Source: Phoronis australis
Taxonomy: Eukaryota > Animalia > Phoronida
Length of the DNA: 64,000 nt
NCBI GenBank assembly: GCA_002633005.1
Contig: NMRA01000311.1
Coordinates: 135,839-199,838, forward strand
Direction of reading: 5' to 3'
Positions 27,548-41,700 of the stretch are shown one piece after another. Each line of letters opens with the position of its first letter. Position 1 is the first letter of the stretch. A program made the translations under genes and the position numbers. The notes under the pieces were generated by a model. That model did not search any database and was not told where the DNA came from. It was given only the letters and a program-made list of their open reading frames with translations.

Positions 27548-30471
27548 GAAATACTGTATTTGTTCTGGTTAATTCCTGGAGCAGAAGATCTCAAAAATCA
27601 GGGTGTTGAAACATAATGAGTTTACAGCCGTGAAGATTGCATCCTTTCTACCTTCCCATTTGCAGTGCTTGGCTCATTGAGAAATGTTTGGTGTATCCGT
27701 GTTCCTGGAAATTGCGCTTAATATATCCGGGTCTTTGTAGTAATACCCTGACTTCCCACACAGTTCATATGATCAATCGCTAAAGATGCTTTGTGTTTTT
27801 TATCTTGATTTCATGTCACGCTTTAAAGGGGTCGCTTTGAAAAGGTGGTGTTTTTGGGGTATGTGGTACACTGTCTTAAAAGCTTTTGCAAAATATCTTG
27901 CTGAAACGTACGTGCCCAAGTTTCTGGTGACTGTCTCTCTTGCGACTCAAGGAGATCCCACACTGGGCTTGTGTTGTGTACTGTATGTAGCTCTGTGTAC
28001 CGAGTATGTTTGGCTTACGCTATGTGCTTACTCTGGTCAATGTGGCAACACGGCAAGGGATGCCATTAAAAGAGTATACGAGGACAACAAAAATTAAAAC
28101 ACATGCTTTTGGTAAAGAGTACCGGATGTAAATATTGTGCAGTTTTGACCCAGGTCTGCACAAATCTATGCAACACTATGCCATACACCACCGTTACATA
28201 ACAGTACCCTGTTCTTCACAAATTTAACACACAACATGGCCAACAAATTCTATTTTGTTAAATTTCTCCACTAAAGTAAAGATTATATATTCTAGACTAT
28301 TACAAGGATGGATTTTAGTGCGTATATTTTATAAAACAGCAATTGTGTGTTGTCTTTGTATTTCCTAGTTACCACAGTTGAAGTTTAATAAGTTAAACTG
28401 CAACAGCTTCCCTATAGCACTCAGCTGGAAACTTATTACCTTGATGTTTTCAACAAATATTGGAATTGCCAATGATCAACAAATTAGACAGTTATCATAT
28501 AATTTGTTGATGATTAACACTGCCAATATTTGTTGAAAAAGAATCAAGGCATTCATTTTCAGTTTCATGAATAAGTGTCTTTTGAAATAGCCACGTCACA
28601 TTGGAATCCACTGACCCGCCAGACAGCGATCAGGTCTTTGGTGGACAAGCGTTCAGCGCCACCTACAGATCCCATGTAATGCGGACTGGAGGTTTCATCC
28701 TACTGCTATAAAAAGCGTTTTAACACCTTTCCTGCCATTATAATGCCCGCAAATTTACACTGCTGTGCAGTGGGATGTGCTAATATCTTACAAAAAGCAA
28801 ACCTTTCGAAATATAATGGATGAACGTACACTTCCCACTGGGAAGAAATTTCAATCCAAGCCAGTGTCAAAAAGCTAAAATAAATTAATGAACTTAAACT
28901 AACCAAACATTGGGAGAGACTGACAGTGGAATTTATTCCTCTGCTTTTATATCTGTGTAGTAATTGAATTTCTCATTGTCTCCCAAATCTGAGTCGAGAT
29001 AAATTGGGAATTTACTTTCATGCTCTCCTTACTCTAGAGAGCACCAATATGAAAAGTCCCCTGTTATAGGAGCATTTTCATTCAAACTGCAATTTGAATA
29101 AACTGTTTGTATTCGTAAAGTTGTTACATCATCGAAATTTAAGTCTAATTAATACAATTTTATTGTTGATGAAGAGGGTTAGCCATTATATTTTAAGGCC
29201 CTTTTTCACCAGTGATGACTAATGAAGTTTAGGGTGGATTAGTGTCCCTGTTTGAGTTTATTACGATTGTACTGGTATGAGACAAACCTTGCAGGCAGTG
29301 AACTAAATTTTTCAGTTGTTTATTTCTGCTAAATACATTTCCATTGTTCATCCTTGTCATGTTTAGATTACCTGTAGGCCTACTTTTTAAACTTATTCTG
29401 TTTGTCACTCAACTTTCCAAGTAATTCTTTGGGATTCTCATCAATACTACAGGAAATTCATTTGTCACTCGTCTATTCTTGTACCAGAGTCCAATCTGCA
29501 CTCATTAACCCCTCCTCACCCATCCTGCATGCTTTGTTGTCAGTTTAACCTGCAAATCCACCAGCAATAGCTCAGTAGGTCATAGGAGCCCCTCAGGGGA
29601 GATAATAGTGAGACCCAGCAATTTGTATCTATGAACAAGAACAGTCATGGATCATCCATTCTAATTCCCTGCAACACCTGTGAAAGAAAGATGTCTTCCG
29701 CTGTGAGTTGCCTATTCTATTCCTAGTTTTGTATCCAGTCAGCTAGCACTGAGTCCTCTATTGTGGTTTATGTATGAAAAGCTTGTTTATACCAAGTTCA
29801 CTGGTGTGTTTATTTATATTCATGATTAAGGCATATTTTTTTAACCTGACGACAGGTGAATTTGGCTAATTGTGAATGGAACAAAAAGATTGTACAGATC
29901 GTTGTTTTCAGTGTAGTAAAATATGCGTGGTTATTGTAAAGTTTGGTCGCTGTTCTTTTTGTATTGGTCGTCAAAGTGGAAGTGCTTTGTATATTTGTGT
30001 TCTTAGTAACCATTTATTTATAAAACCTTGCTTCATTTATCTCTATTTTTGCAGAGGCAGGGATGGGGTTGTTTTTATTGTGGTTAGTTACAGGGTGTGT
30101 AATGTCTGCTATTTACAGGCACTTCTTCATAGCTCACCTAAAATTATTTTATTATTGAAAATTGAACTGACAAGTTAATACTTGATATCAAATTTCAACC
30201 ATAATCACTTAACATTTTACTTTTTGAAAACAAGAAGCTTGAAATTTAATAGCTTGGTCATTTTCTTGTTTATAAGGTGGTTCCTCTCCAGTAAACCTTT
30301 GGTTAGTGCTTTAACACCCTTATTACACCAATGTTCCCTTTATTAGGGGTCATAAATAGGTCAACCACTTGCTGAACACTGATCCCTAATCCTTCATTGT
30401 TAGAATAGGGAGTTAATTGGCTCTGGTAATCCCCTTATGGGGTTGAAGTCATTTACCTGTCTGGAGTCTTA

Positions 30472-30716
30472 AGGGCCTTTCATACTAAGATGGAGGTGTC
30501 TATGTTTTGGGGAGTTGCAGTCAGTATGAAGGGTTAACTTGGGTTGTGGATCCAAGCTAACACCTCCAGTTAACTTCACTGTAAACAGGTGGATTGAACA
30601 GCGGAGTGGCGACACTGCAGTGCGGTATGAACGGTCAACTTCGGTCCCATCGAAGTTATTGTCAGAAGCCACTGCTATAGTCAACAACTAAAGGGCAGTG
30701 TTGTCGCTAATAGTTG
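30472..30716 (+). mobile_element. Truncated copy of the 2001-2500 MITE family
   Basis: Collinear similarity to 2001-2230 (ctttcatactaa...ttttgggga.ttgcagt.agtatga...catcgaagttattg...actaaagggca.tgt..tcgct..tagttg). Confidence 0.8.
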
Positions 30717-33687
30717 CAAACAAAATTTTACTCATCTGCCGTATCATTTTTGTGTGAAATTTTACCTAACGCATTTTGATCACAGAAAATGAAACCCGTG
30801 CCAAGATAAAGGGGATTTTTTGTTTTAAATTTCCAAGTGATTTGGAGTTTCTTATGGAGAATTTTGCTTTGTGCGCAGAAATGAAACTTTAATTTACTGC
30901 TTTCTGTTCCTGCCTAGTGAACACCACTTTATATTTTGACAATTCATAAACATGAATTAACAATTTTTACACCTGACTTGACAGTCTATATTAGATGCTG
31001 CAGGTATGTATTTGGTTATCAGCCAGAGCTCAGCTGTTGGCATGACTACCACTGGGGATAGGAAAGAACTAATTGGGTAAATGGCAACTGTAGAGGTCAA
31101 ACTGTTCAAAAATTGAATTTCACTTCAGTTGTTGTGAGCATCTTTTGTCAATTTTCACAAGTCTCTCGGTCTTTTGTAACCTAGAGGTCAGTGCGTCCAT
31201 TTCATTCTGAATAGCCACATTTAATGGTCAAGTGTTGCTTTAGCCAAAACACTGGTCAATGTTATACCAGACCCCATAAGGAAACATTTGACTTAGCAGC
31301 CTGCCAACAAGTGGCAGTATAGTTAATGAAAACAATATAAAAATCACAGTCTTGCTGTGTATTAAACTTGGATTAAGTATGATTTTGTGTCTATAATACT
31401 GGAGAAGTAAGGTCAAAGGCCCTGTTGGTATTGTTAAAAAGGTACTCAGAATTTTATCGGCTTTGTGCTGTGGTCTCTCATTGTTGTTTTACTGTGTTTT
31501 GAATAGTGCGAAAATTATCCTAAAAACCATATGGTTTTTACACAAAAGCTCAACATTTTTATAGCTTCGGTCTTATGGTTATATGAAAATTGATTGAGTG
31601 TAATCTGTGTTTAGTATTGTTTAGTTCAGTATGGCGTTTGGCTCATGTTCAACTTTATATAACACAGGAAATTGTGAATTGATTGTGCAAATTAAAGTTG
31701 AAATGTATTGATAATTTAATGATATCCTGAACCGCTTAAATAAATGTCAATATTAAAGTCATACCCAGCGCCATCTGTAGCAATCTTCATTTCAGTATGG
31801 AAGCTCAGAAATTGATGTGTTGTGTGAACTGTGGATGGGTCATGTTGATTTCATAGATTGACTTGACCCAACACCACACTCTTTTAAAATGAAGGCTTTT
31901 TTAACAGTTATCAATTTATTAAGACACAGACAACTTACTATAAAATTCAGCCTGGAAACCGCAGTTTGCATTATATCCAGGCTTTAGACAATGAACACAA
32001 AATAACCAATGGGAATATTCAACTGTTATCATTATATACAAGAAAAAGAGAAAAGAGAAGGCTTTTGGTATTGCTTCTTTCACAAAGCTGTTGATGTTTT
32101 TTGTCATTTTAGATTCCTCAGTGCAACACACTTCCTGGGCATTGCAGTGTGCTTAAAAACAGAGCAATAAGCCAACAGACTGACCGAGCGTTCGACCCCA
32201 GCTAGATTGACAAGATATAACCAACTGAATGTATGATGACATCACCTACTGAAGAGGGGCAGTGGTCGGTGGCATTTTGTTACACTGCATAAAGTCTATG
32301 CATTCTCGGTAGATTGTGCTACAAGGTTTCCATTCGATGTCGGTTAGAATGTCTGTACAGTTGGTTACAGTAAATTAGGACACAATTTGACGGACAGGTG
32401 AAATTAAATTTTCAGATTTTCTCATAAAGTATAATACAGTACGGGGCTGGTGGTTTTGCCATAGCTACCAATAGACTGTGTTTTTATAACAATATTAGGA
32501 GGTCTTGAAAAATGAAAAAAGTTGAAATTTTGGCAATTATTTTTGTCTTGTATTGGTGAGTTTCAGAATACTTGCCTCAGTTGCTCGGTAGAGGCCATGA
32601 ATTTCATAAGTCCTGGTAATGGACTTCCACTTTGATTGTCATTAAATTTATCTTTAAAATTTAGTCTTAAATGTTTCCTTTAAATTGTTGGTCATTACTA
32701 TTTTTATTAAAAGTGATTGTGTAACCTGAAACTAATCATTTCTTTGTTGCTATCTGTGTAGTCCTGTATTGAGTTAGCCAATGCTTTTTATTCATTATGT
32801 TTAGCTTATGACGAATCAATCTATTCATTTGTACAATGTTAATTTCCTCTCTGAACCTTTAACTCAGAACTTTGTAGTTTCAAAATGTCAGCTATTTATA
32901 TTCTAGTGCCAGTCTAAAGTTTCCTACTCTCCTGAAGTATACTCTGTCTGCTGTGAACACTCATTGTGTCTTCAAAATGGTTTGTTTGATATAACTGTTG
33001 AAATAAATGGACATTTTCCACAGTTTCTATATTGAGTATTCAATAGCCATTATCTGGACAAGGCCTATGTCAACATTGTTCTGTGCATCAGGTTGAAAAG
33101 TAAACCAGCATTTGTTTAGATCATGTCAGACAGTTGTCAGTTGCACTACTTGTGAAGTCCAATAAATACAGGTGTAGTTGAACAGGTAATTCTATAGGTC
33201 AGGTAAACAGCATTCAGTCTTTATTGTCTATAGTCTGTGCACAGCCACCCCAGGACCCAGTCTGAGTAATGACAGACTACCTCTGTTAAATTAACCTCCT
33301 TCACACATCTTGAAACTGGGCTTAGCGCACAATGAGAATGCAGTATTTGACACCTCTGACTGAGTGCCTGTACCCAGACTGGGCTGGCTGGTGCTTTGTT
33401 GTTGTTGTTGGATCAATGATAGCGTTACAGGTGCTTGTTACTTATCTGTGAATAGGGATTGGGTTTAGAAACCATAATTCAAAATATTTCCTGGGGATAG
33501 TTTCTTTTTCTATTGAGAAGCTGTTTTGCCTTAATGCATTGTGATGTTATTGTGAGAGGAAATTTGATTCGAAATTCTAATTGAGTTTTCCCTGAATTTT
33601 AAATTTTTGGCAAAACTTTTGAAAAGGTTATCGAATTTCAGGGAGAGTTTGGAATGCCCTCACAATTGATTCATTTGTTCTTAACAG

Positions 33688-33740
33688 AGTATTGCGATAT
33701 GTCAGTTGCTGAGGTCCAGATAGAAAATATTTCTGCTCAG
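33688..33740 (+). CDS. Candidate 53-nt internal exon of an unidentified plus-strand gene
   Basis: ttgttcttaacag|AG TAT TGC GAT ATG...GCT CAG|gtaagt with a perfect donor; open reading (E)YCDMSVAEVQIENISAQ, phase 1 to 0. Confidence 0.5.
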
Positions 33741-34302
33741 GTAAGTGCACCCCTGGTTTAACACCACCAGTACTTTTGAGTCATTCTGGCCTATAAGCCT
33801 ATCTACTCTAGCCTATCTACTCTGGTACAACTTCACCACCTATTGCACTCTCTTGCTACGCGGGCTAGTGCAAAATGGCCCACGCGGGTACAGGTGTATG
33901 CTGTTTGAGGGGTCTACTTCATGTAATTTTCATTCAGGTGTTGATATAACAATGAGTTCCAGTCACCAGACAACACGTTTTTCTTTGGTAATCGATGTTT
34001 CACGAGGGATATACCACGCCCCAAAAGGTTTGCAAAGGTATGCATTTACATGCAGTTGCAAATTGGTTGTGCCTGTAAAGGTTTTTCCAGTTTCTCATGT
34101 ACCCTTTACCTTCAAGGAAAGAAATGGAAATCAATGTGCCCTTCGCCAGCTTCCCTCAGAGTAATTTTTAAAAATACTTGTTTCTATTAAGTACAGGATG
34201 TTTCCTTAGTGCTAAGTTGATGCTTTATTGACTCTCCCCCCCGGGATAGAACTGCATGTTAGGGTCAGTTTGTGTTTTGTCTTTGTTTATGGAAACGGAC
34301 AG

Positions 34303-34338
34303 TGGAATTCACGGGGGTCGCCTGACTTACACCGATGA
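34303..34338 (+). CDS. Candidate terminal coding exon of the same putative gene
   Basis: T-rich tract then ggacag|WNSRGSPDLHR-stop in phase 0. It coincides with the CpG-poor to CpG-rich transition; AATAAA at 35603 and 35652. Confidence 0.35.
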   Translation, partial: WNSRGSPDLHR

Positions 34339-37300
34339 TGTCATATTTGCAAGTGTCAGTACCAGTGAGTACGTTTGTTATTTACAAATCAACCATTGAC
34401 ACATGTCAAACGTTAACAATTGTTCAACGCCTTGGAATGAGTCGTACAGAAGGGATCAGGTGACAAATTTGTTGAAGTTATTTTTGCAGAAGTCGTGAGA
34501 TGAACGTAGGTAACATAAAAAGACACCAGTTTGAACCATGCGAAGCTGGACTATTTAGTGACAGTATGTTTGGACTTGCATAGAAAATTGGTGTTTTTTC
34601 CAGTTTTGGCTTTCCATAACCAATAACTATACATGTTACAAGCGTAAATATTCTAATAATGTTTATGGACACGTTATTTGGCACACGATGACGTCTCACT
34701 GACTTTTGTAGGTGACTGGCAACGTTTTTGGGGGTCATTGCAGTTGGTGCTATCTTCAAATCATGTCGTGACTACTCATGATTAAGCACGCACATCTCAC
34801 AACACTGCGCTTCATCGCGTTGGCCGATTGGACTGTTGTCCGGTCGGCTCTTAACATCATGTTGAATTTATGAAATTATCTCACGAGCTGCTCAGTGAAT
34901 TGTCATAAAGTGCATCAACCTGGCGAAATGATCGAAACAGGTGTGTCTCGCATATAATTAAGGGATATTTGTTTGCGCTCACTGGATTGTCAGTCGTGAA
35001 TTGAAATCTATGTTTTTGTTTGGCAGATAGCCTTGTTGTTCCAAGGTAAGAACCTCGTTTGATGATTTTGACCGGAACCACGGGTATCGCATTTCTTAAA
35101 AAGTGAGCACAGTGTTTTTTGTACATTGCCGTGTTTCTGCGTAAATTGTTTAATCGTGGGATCAGGCGGTGCGTTTTGATCGTTTGAAAGGAGCGTCGTG
35201 GTTCACACTTAATTTCATGTGATTGGAAAAATCTCTTAAGCCCTTGTTTTCCATTGCGCTGGTCATCTATCTATTTACACGTGGGCGTATTTCGTACTTC
35301 AGAACTAGAAGGCAACTTAAATGTCGGTTGTGCATTTTTCTTTGTAAAGTTTTGTTCTGAAATGTGCATTTTTCTATGTAAAGTTTTGTTCTGAAATGTT
35401 TACAAGGAAAAAGTTGCTGATCCCTTCACAAGTGACTTCATTGATCTTGCTATATTTGTAACTTGATCACGGAAAGAAACGGACCCTTTCAAGCAAAGTG
35501 AGTGTTTATCGCGCATTGGGAAACATTTGCACGGAAAAATGCCCTGTATGCATCTTTTTAGTGAAGTAGACCAGTTCCTGTGACAAAAATATAGACGTCG
35601 TAAATAAAAACGTGGTACGGGTTGTTTTGACATGTATCGGCTGATTTTGATAATAAAAATAAGCACTTAAAGCTGTGTTTCGTCCTGTTTAAGTAATTAA
35701 AAACTAATGAGACCTTTCACTATCGTGAAATATTATTTACCGTTGCAAACAAGAATATCGAAACCGTCATCGACTTAGAAAACGCTTCCGACTTAACTGG
35801 GGTTGGTCAACCCTAAAATTGCGAATTCGGAAATAGCGCATACGCTTTGCTGTTGACTTGAGTTGCCGGGGTCACAGAAATAGCACCCTGTCACGGTATT
35901 ATGAGAGTTAAAGGTCTCATTCGATTTTCGTTTTTAACCAGTTAAACAGGGTGAAATGCAGTTTTAAATAAACGTCGCATCGTGCTACAGCTAATAAATT
36001 TCAGAAACAAAATTACCTGCATATTTTATTGACTTGTGATAATAATCGTTTCTTACACACTTTTAACTCCTGATTTTCAAAATGTCGAAAGGCATACCAA
36101 ATAAATGACACGAACCGTGGGTGATTTTAAAATTTAACAGAAGTCACAGCTTTATTCGACCTGTCTCAAATAAAAACATGCAACTGTAGCTTGGTGTCGA
36201 ATAAGAAACGTAATAGCTCTGTATAAGAGCAGTGGCCTTCCTTTTATGTCTACTCTTAAGTAAATAACAGTTGTGTGAAGGCCAGGCTAATTGAGTCACA
36301 CTATTTGTTTGTTCTGCCTGAACGCGCAAATACTGGTGCATTGAATGCCTTTTGGTTGTTTTTAATCTTATAATCGCACCGTTCTGATAACTCCAAGGTG
36401 TTTCGGTGTTGTGGTTTTTGTCAAACGTGTATACTGAAAGTCGATCATTGCGAAGAGCGTAATTCACATAAAAACCTGAATGAAAAATTTCTGTTGTTTA
36501 TTTTGTGGTATCCAGACATACCGACGGTGTTTACAAAATGACAAAATTCGCTGTCTCACTTTTGACATATTCAATGACGGAACCAATCTTGTCGGCAGGC
36601 ATTGTACCTCAATGAACGCCGGTGTGTGGATGACGTCAAGGGTCACTCGGTGCAATCCTTGAATCGGCTGAACGAACCTGAAGACGACAGGTAAATAAAC
36701 AGCAGAGTTGTGAGCCGAGAGCCGTCAACGCGTGATTAGCAAGTGGTTATTTAATGAAGCATAGAGACGCTATTGATGGTGTGTTGAAATATTTAGTTTT
36801 GACTATGAGACATGGGTCGCCTCAGGCGTAGTTCAAGTCCCGAAGCGCACAATTTTTAACTCGCTTTCAAAGCAACCAACAACTTTATGGAATGTCGCAT
36901 CTCTAGGAAAGACTTATAAATGCGAATTGTTTAATCTCATGCATTTATCTAAAAGAATCACTTTGGATGTGGTTTGCAAAGGCAACTAATTTTTGTCCTC
37001 CGTTAGCTACTGACTGGCCTAAATAATTGTTGACAAGGGAGTGAATTTCGTAATACACGCCATTTTTATTTGGCCATCTGCGTATTCATATGTGCCAGAA
37101 TGCGACATTCCTGCTATTTACAGTCAAATGGCCGGTGTGTACTCTATTACAATATTACGTCGAACTGTTCCGGGGCGATATATATATTTTTTAAATTGTG
37201 AGAACTTCCATGTATTTTCAGTTGTACAAAGTCTTTGCAATAGCTAATCAAATCTACGCTGGGGAACTAGTCTTACACGTTGATCTCCTCGTCTGATTTG

Positions 37301-38690
37301 TGCGGCAACTTTGATTAAACGCTTGGTCACAATCTTAGCAGGTTAACGTCAGTTAAGGCGCGAAAACCATACTGAAGACTTCTGCTTATTCTATTGTGAA
37401 GAAATACTTGCCGACTTATTGGTGTGTTGTGGTTGCTATAATGAGAAAATTGGTGCTATTCTACTATTCGCGCCCTGTTGGTAGTCGCTTTGCGCGCAAG
37501 ACAGGTCGCTGCGATTATGAAGGCGATTATGTCGTTTTACTTCTGTAATGGCTGCGATTATAGCGCGTAGCATATAATATAATCGCGTGTCCACGGCGTG
37601 CGCCCTCTTGATTGTTCCTGATCGACGCTAAATTGTTGTTTTTGTTAGCACACTTTCGGTCACGTGTACAGGCCGTTTGTTTGCTGAAATATGCTGCTAG
37701 TATGTGTCAATTTACAATAAATGAAGGACAACGCAAAATATGTTGCATTTGAATGACAGTGTTCAATGTTTATTTTTCTCGAGAAGAAAGAAAGCTTACA
37801 CGATAATCAATTTCGACTTTCTGGCCATTTTCTACAGTTAATTAATTAATGACAAGTAAGTTTTCGGTAAAAGTTATGTTTAACAGGGAATGATTTACTA
37901 TCATATTTTCCAAGTGGTTTGTTCTCACTTTCCAACTAAATTTATTGAAGATTTTTTACCCTAAATAACAGATTGAAGTTAACAAATAGTGTTTCGCGCA
38001 CAGACGTTTCTGCCAAATTATACCTCCGGTAATAGTCAAGCTGGAACTAATTAGTCCGGGTACGTAAACAGGTGACCTAATATGATATTTAACTCATAAC
38101 TCCATCAGCACAAAGTACCTCACAGTTAAGGTAATTTCCCCTTCCCTCATGTGGTGTAGGACAGTGTACCTGTGTCGAGACAGATGTTACCTGTCACAGC
38201 TGGAACAATTTACCACACCTGCTAGACTGGACTTTGGCTTTCCTTAAAAGCACCTCTCGATCGCTCTCGCCTCTGCCTAAAAATCTTGGTGGATATATTT
38301 CAGTATTTAAGAAAAAATGCCTCAAAGGGTCCCAATTCGGGCTACCTACGCGTAACCCGCGTTTGGGTATTTCAACCGTTGTGGCAGAAAAAATAAGGGG
38401 TGACTTTTTAAGCCATTACGTAAGGGTACGCTTTTCGGGGACGCATTTTAAACGTTTAGGGTCTTAAAATGTGATACACGGAAATTTCATATCACCTTTC
38501 TGTTGTTCACTTCGAGAGGGTCTGTCCAGAATGCTACGTTTTGCCGGGTTACCAGGATTCTTAGTCAAGTCCCCAAGAATGAGAACGAACCAAGTCCAGT
38601 GTAATGGGTAATTGCTTCAGACGACAACAAATGCACAAGGAGCTAATTTCAGTGAAATCTGCTTTTGCCGCGGCTGGACAAGCATCATTA

Positions 38691-38795
38691 TTCATCATCA
38701 ATATTCATCATCAATATTCATCATCAATATTCATCATCAATATTCATCATCAATATTCATCATCAATATTCATCATCAATATTCATCAATATTCA
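38691..38795. repeat. 13-bp tandem repeat x ~8
   Basis: Unit atcaatattcatc. Confidence 0.95.
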
Positions 38796-41700
38796 CCCTC
38801 CACACTCGTATGCAATGCCATTACCATCGTCTTAATCGAAGAATTGTTTTTGACTGCTTTAGTGTTTTTAGGGAACTCCAATTAATTATATTTTTAAAAT
38901 TCGTCCGATATTGTGTTACCTAAGCTTTTTTGGGTTTACGTTCTTTATTATTAGCATATTTTTTTATCGGGTAATAAACGAATAAAACCAAGTTACTTAA
39001 GAAAATCCCCACCAGGTGAGCTGTCTCACAAGTGTTTGATCTGGCTAAAAAGCATATTGGTTATGGTTTGCAGCCGGCTAATTTTTGAAGCTGCTCATAA
39101 TTAAAGCGCACACATTTGCATCGCTTTTTACCATTTTCTCAAAATTCTCACTGAACGCATTCGTGATTGTTGTTTATGTAGTGGCTTGTCAATCCAGCAG
39201 TAATCACTGCCTAGACTACTATAAATTATTGGCGTAGGAAGGATTTCTTTAATGGTGAGAGGATGAAAATGTGAGCCCGTCCCCTTCCCCGGTCGACTGC
39301 TGTGCGGGCAGTCGCGTCAAATTTCAAAGTAACCACATACCGTTGAGAACCAAATATGCTTTTTTTAGCTGAACTAAACGAAATTAACGAAGCTTTAAGT
39401 CAAATTTATTTAAGATAAGTATAGATTTTATTCTTCTATTGGTGGGATCCCTTGGAACAGAGCATCAAGTTAAAGCCCCAGAGTTCGACACAATCCGTTA
39501 CATCATAAGCACTTGATTTTACGGGTGACTGCATCCGCATAAAAGCGTTGATCCTTCCAATCCGACAGCAGGTGCAATAACTGAAAACAACCGAGTCCTG
39601 TAATTTGCAAGGAAAAATACTAAATGAGGAAACATAATGGATTATGGTCAGTGAAAGTTTTATCAGGGACAGTGCAAATTGCCGGAAGGGTGCCCATGAA
39701 ATAAGTGGGAGCGACTGGTGCGATATCACTATTAAACACTTGTGAGTACTTTACACTATGACAAAATCTCAAGGTGATTCAAATTTCTTCTTTTTAATGC
39801 TAATTTAAACAAAAAATGTCGTTTATTTACCAGTTTTTATTTGTGATAAACATAATGTTTAGTAACGTATTTTTTACACATCAGCGACATTTTGTTTATT
39901 TTTTATTTTTTAAATATTTCTCTTCCATATTTCGAAAACAAGGTTATATAACACTTACTTTCTGTGTTTTGAATTTCGCTAATTGTTTTGCATTTACGCA
40001 ATCCTGCTCGTATAAACACCAATTCAATGACATATCGACGAGAACATACACAACATCACCCTTTGTGTGTTGCGTGCGCTTTCATGACAGAGCTAAAAGA
40101 TTTTATTATTTCTGGATAATCGAAATTTATTTCATTGAATTCGTATTTATCCAGTCTTGTCAACAGGGTACCGAGCGGACGTTGTACTAGTGACCAGCGG
40201 TCAATGAGTGTGGATGCGGACAGTTGGACCGAAAGAATACATCTTCAGAAAGTGCGCATGCGAAATATTTCGGCACTGAGTCACGGTAAACATTTCTTCA
40301 ATGAATACTGAGAAATATCATAAATGGTTAAGAAAAACAGCACACAGTCAGTTGTATACAAAGCTTTGATGAAAAATCTTTGAATCAGAATTTCTGAATT
40401 TTGTTGTTTTTCTTTGGTCATTCGATTATCATTTACTTAATTAACATTTTATTCCGTTTAACTTTGACATTCTCGATTACGAACTTTCCGAAATGTTTGC
40501 ATGGGTTCACTCTCCGAATCCTTCCCGGGCTTCAATCGTTAACTTGGATGACGCGGACACATTGCATCCAAAGCGCGCGTTACAAGGTCCAGTGCGTTAG
40601 TAATCGCAAATGTTTTCCTGCCACAGTCCTGCAAACCGCCATAGCCTAGCTTGGTGTGAATTTTTAAATGTTCCGAGGTGTATTACTTACGCTTGTCTAT
40701 GTACACATTTTATTTATTCCCATTATTGAGTAAGAACACAAATTAAATTTATACTCAACTCGCACAAAAGGCAGTTAAATAAACGCTACACGACGGCCCA
40801 GAAAAACCCATAAAAGCTTGGCGTGTGTTCACACGAATGCACTCGTAAGGCCCTCTGTCTGCCAGGAGTCTATTGTTTTTTACAAAGACGCCAAAATTCA
40901 AAAGTCAATAAAATTGCGACACTGAATTTAATTAACGGGTTCAGGTGTATTGGTGCATTTTGTGACCAGAATTCATCGCTGGGATGAGAAAAACATGTGA
41001 TTTTTTCTTGTTTCTGTGTTTTCCTTGCCTGCCCTGTTTCTAATGTTTAAAGCGGCATGAACCCGCGTTCCGTCGAAGAAATTCAAATTTTGATTTAGAG
41101 CACTTACCACCACTTCAGTGGTTTCAATTTACTTAAGTAGTCTCAACTTACTTTACTCAGATGGGAAGTGATTTTTGGTCTTTCGAAGAACTTACATTTG
41201 TTCCTCAAGATCATGCTGGGCGCATAAAATGACACGCCGTGACAAGTCAACTTGTAAAGCTTGGCCTCAACCAATAAGAAACTGTTATTTCCCCCAAGCC
41301 AATAAACCACACTTATTTTGACATAGAAACAAGTTGACACCAATTTTATAACTGTGGTCTACATCAAAAATTGTTCTGTGATGGAAAGCGATATTACAGA
41401 CGACACAAATATGGGATCAAGTCTGGCTCGAAAAAAAACTCAAAACTTCATAGGAAATTAAATGTTGATATTCTCTAGAAATGTAAAGTTCAATGCTGAT
41501 GCTTGGGTTAACTTGCTCACGAGTCGGTGGCAACAGAGAACTTATGAGCGTCCACTTCCTACGGTAGGGACAAACCACGAATTTCCTGACAAGAAATTGT
41601 GTTATCCGTTTGTAGGACGGTTCCATAAAAATCACCATTTCGTTTTGCTACAATGAAATATGATCAATCCATGACGTTTATTTTAATAATTAATATCATT

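Noticed and set aside
34325-34345. Minus-strand ATG ACA TCA TCG GT|gtaagt as the first exon of a leftward gene
   Set aside because: No matching downstream minus-strand exons were found, and the strand skew of 1-34 kb favours plus-strand transcription.
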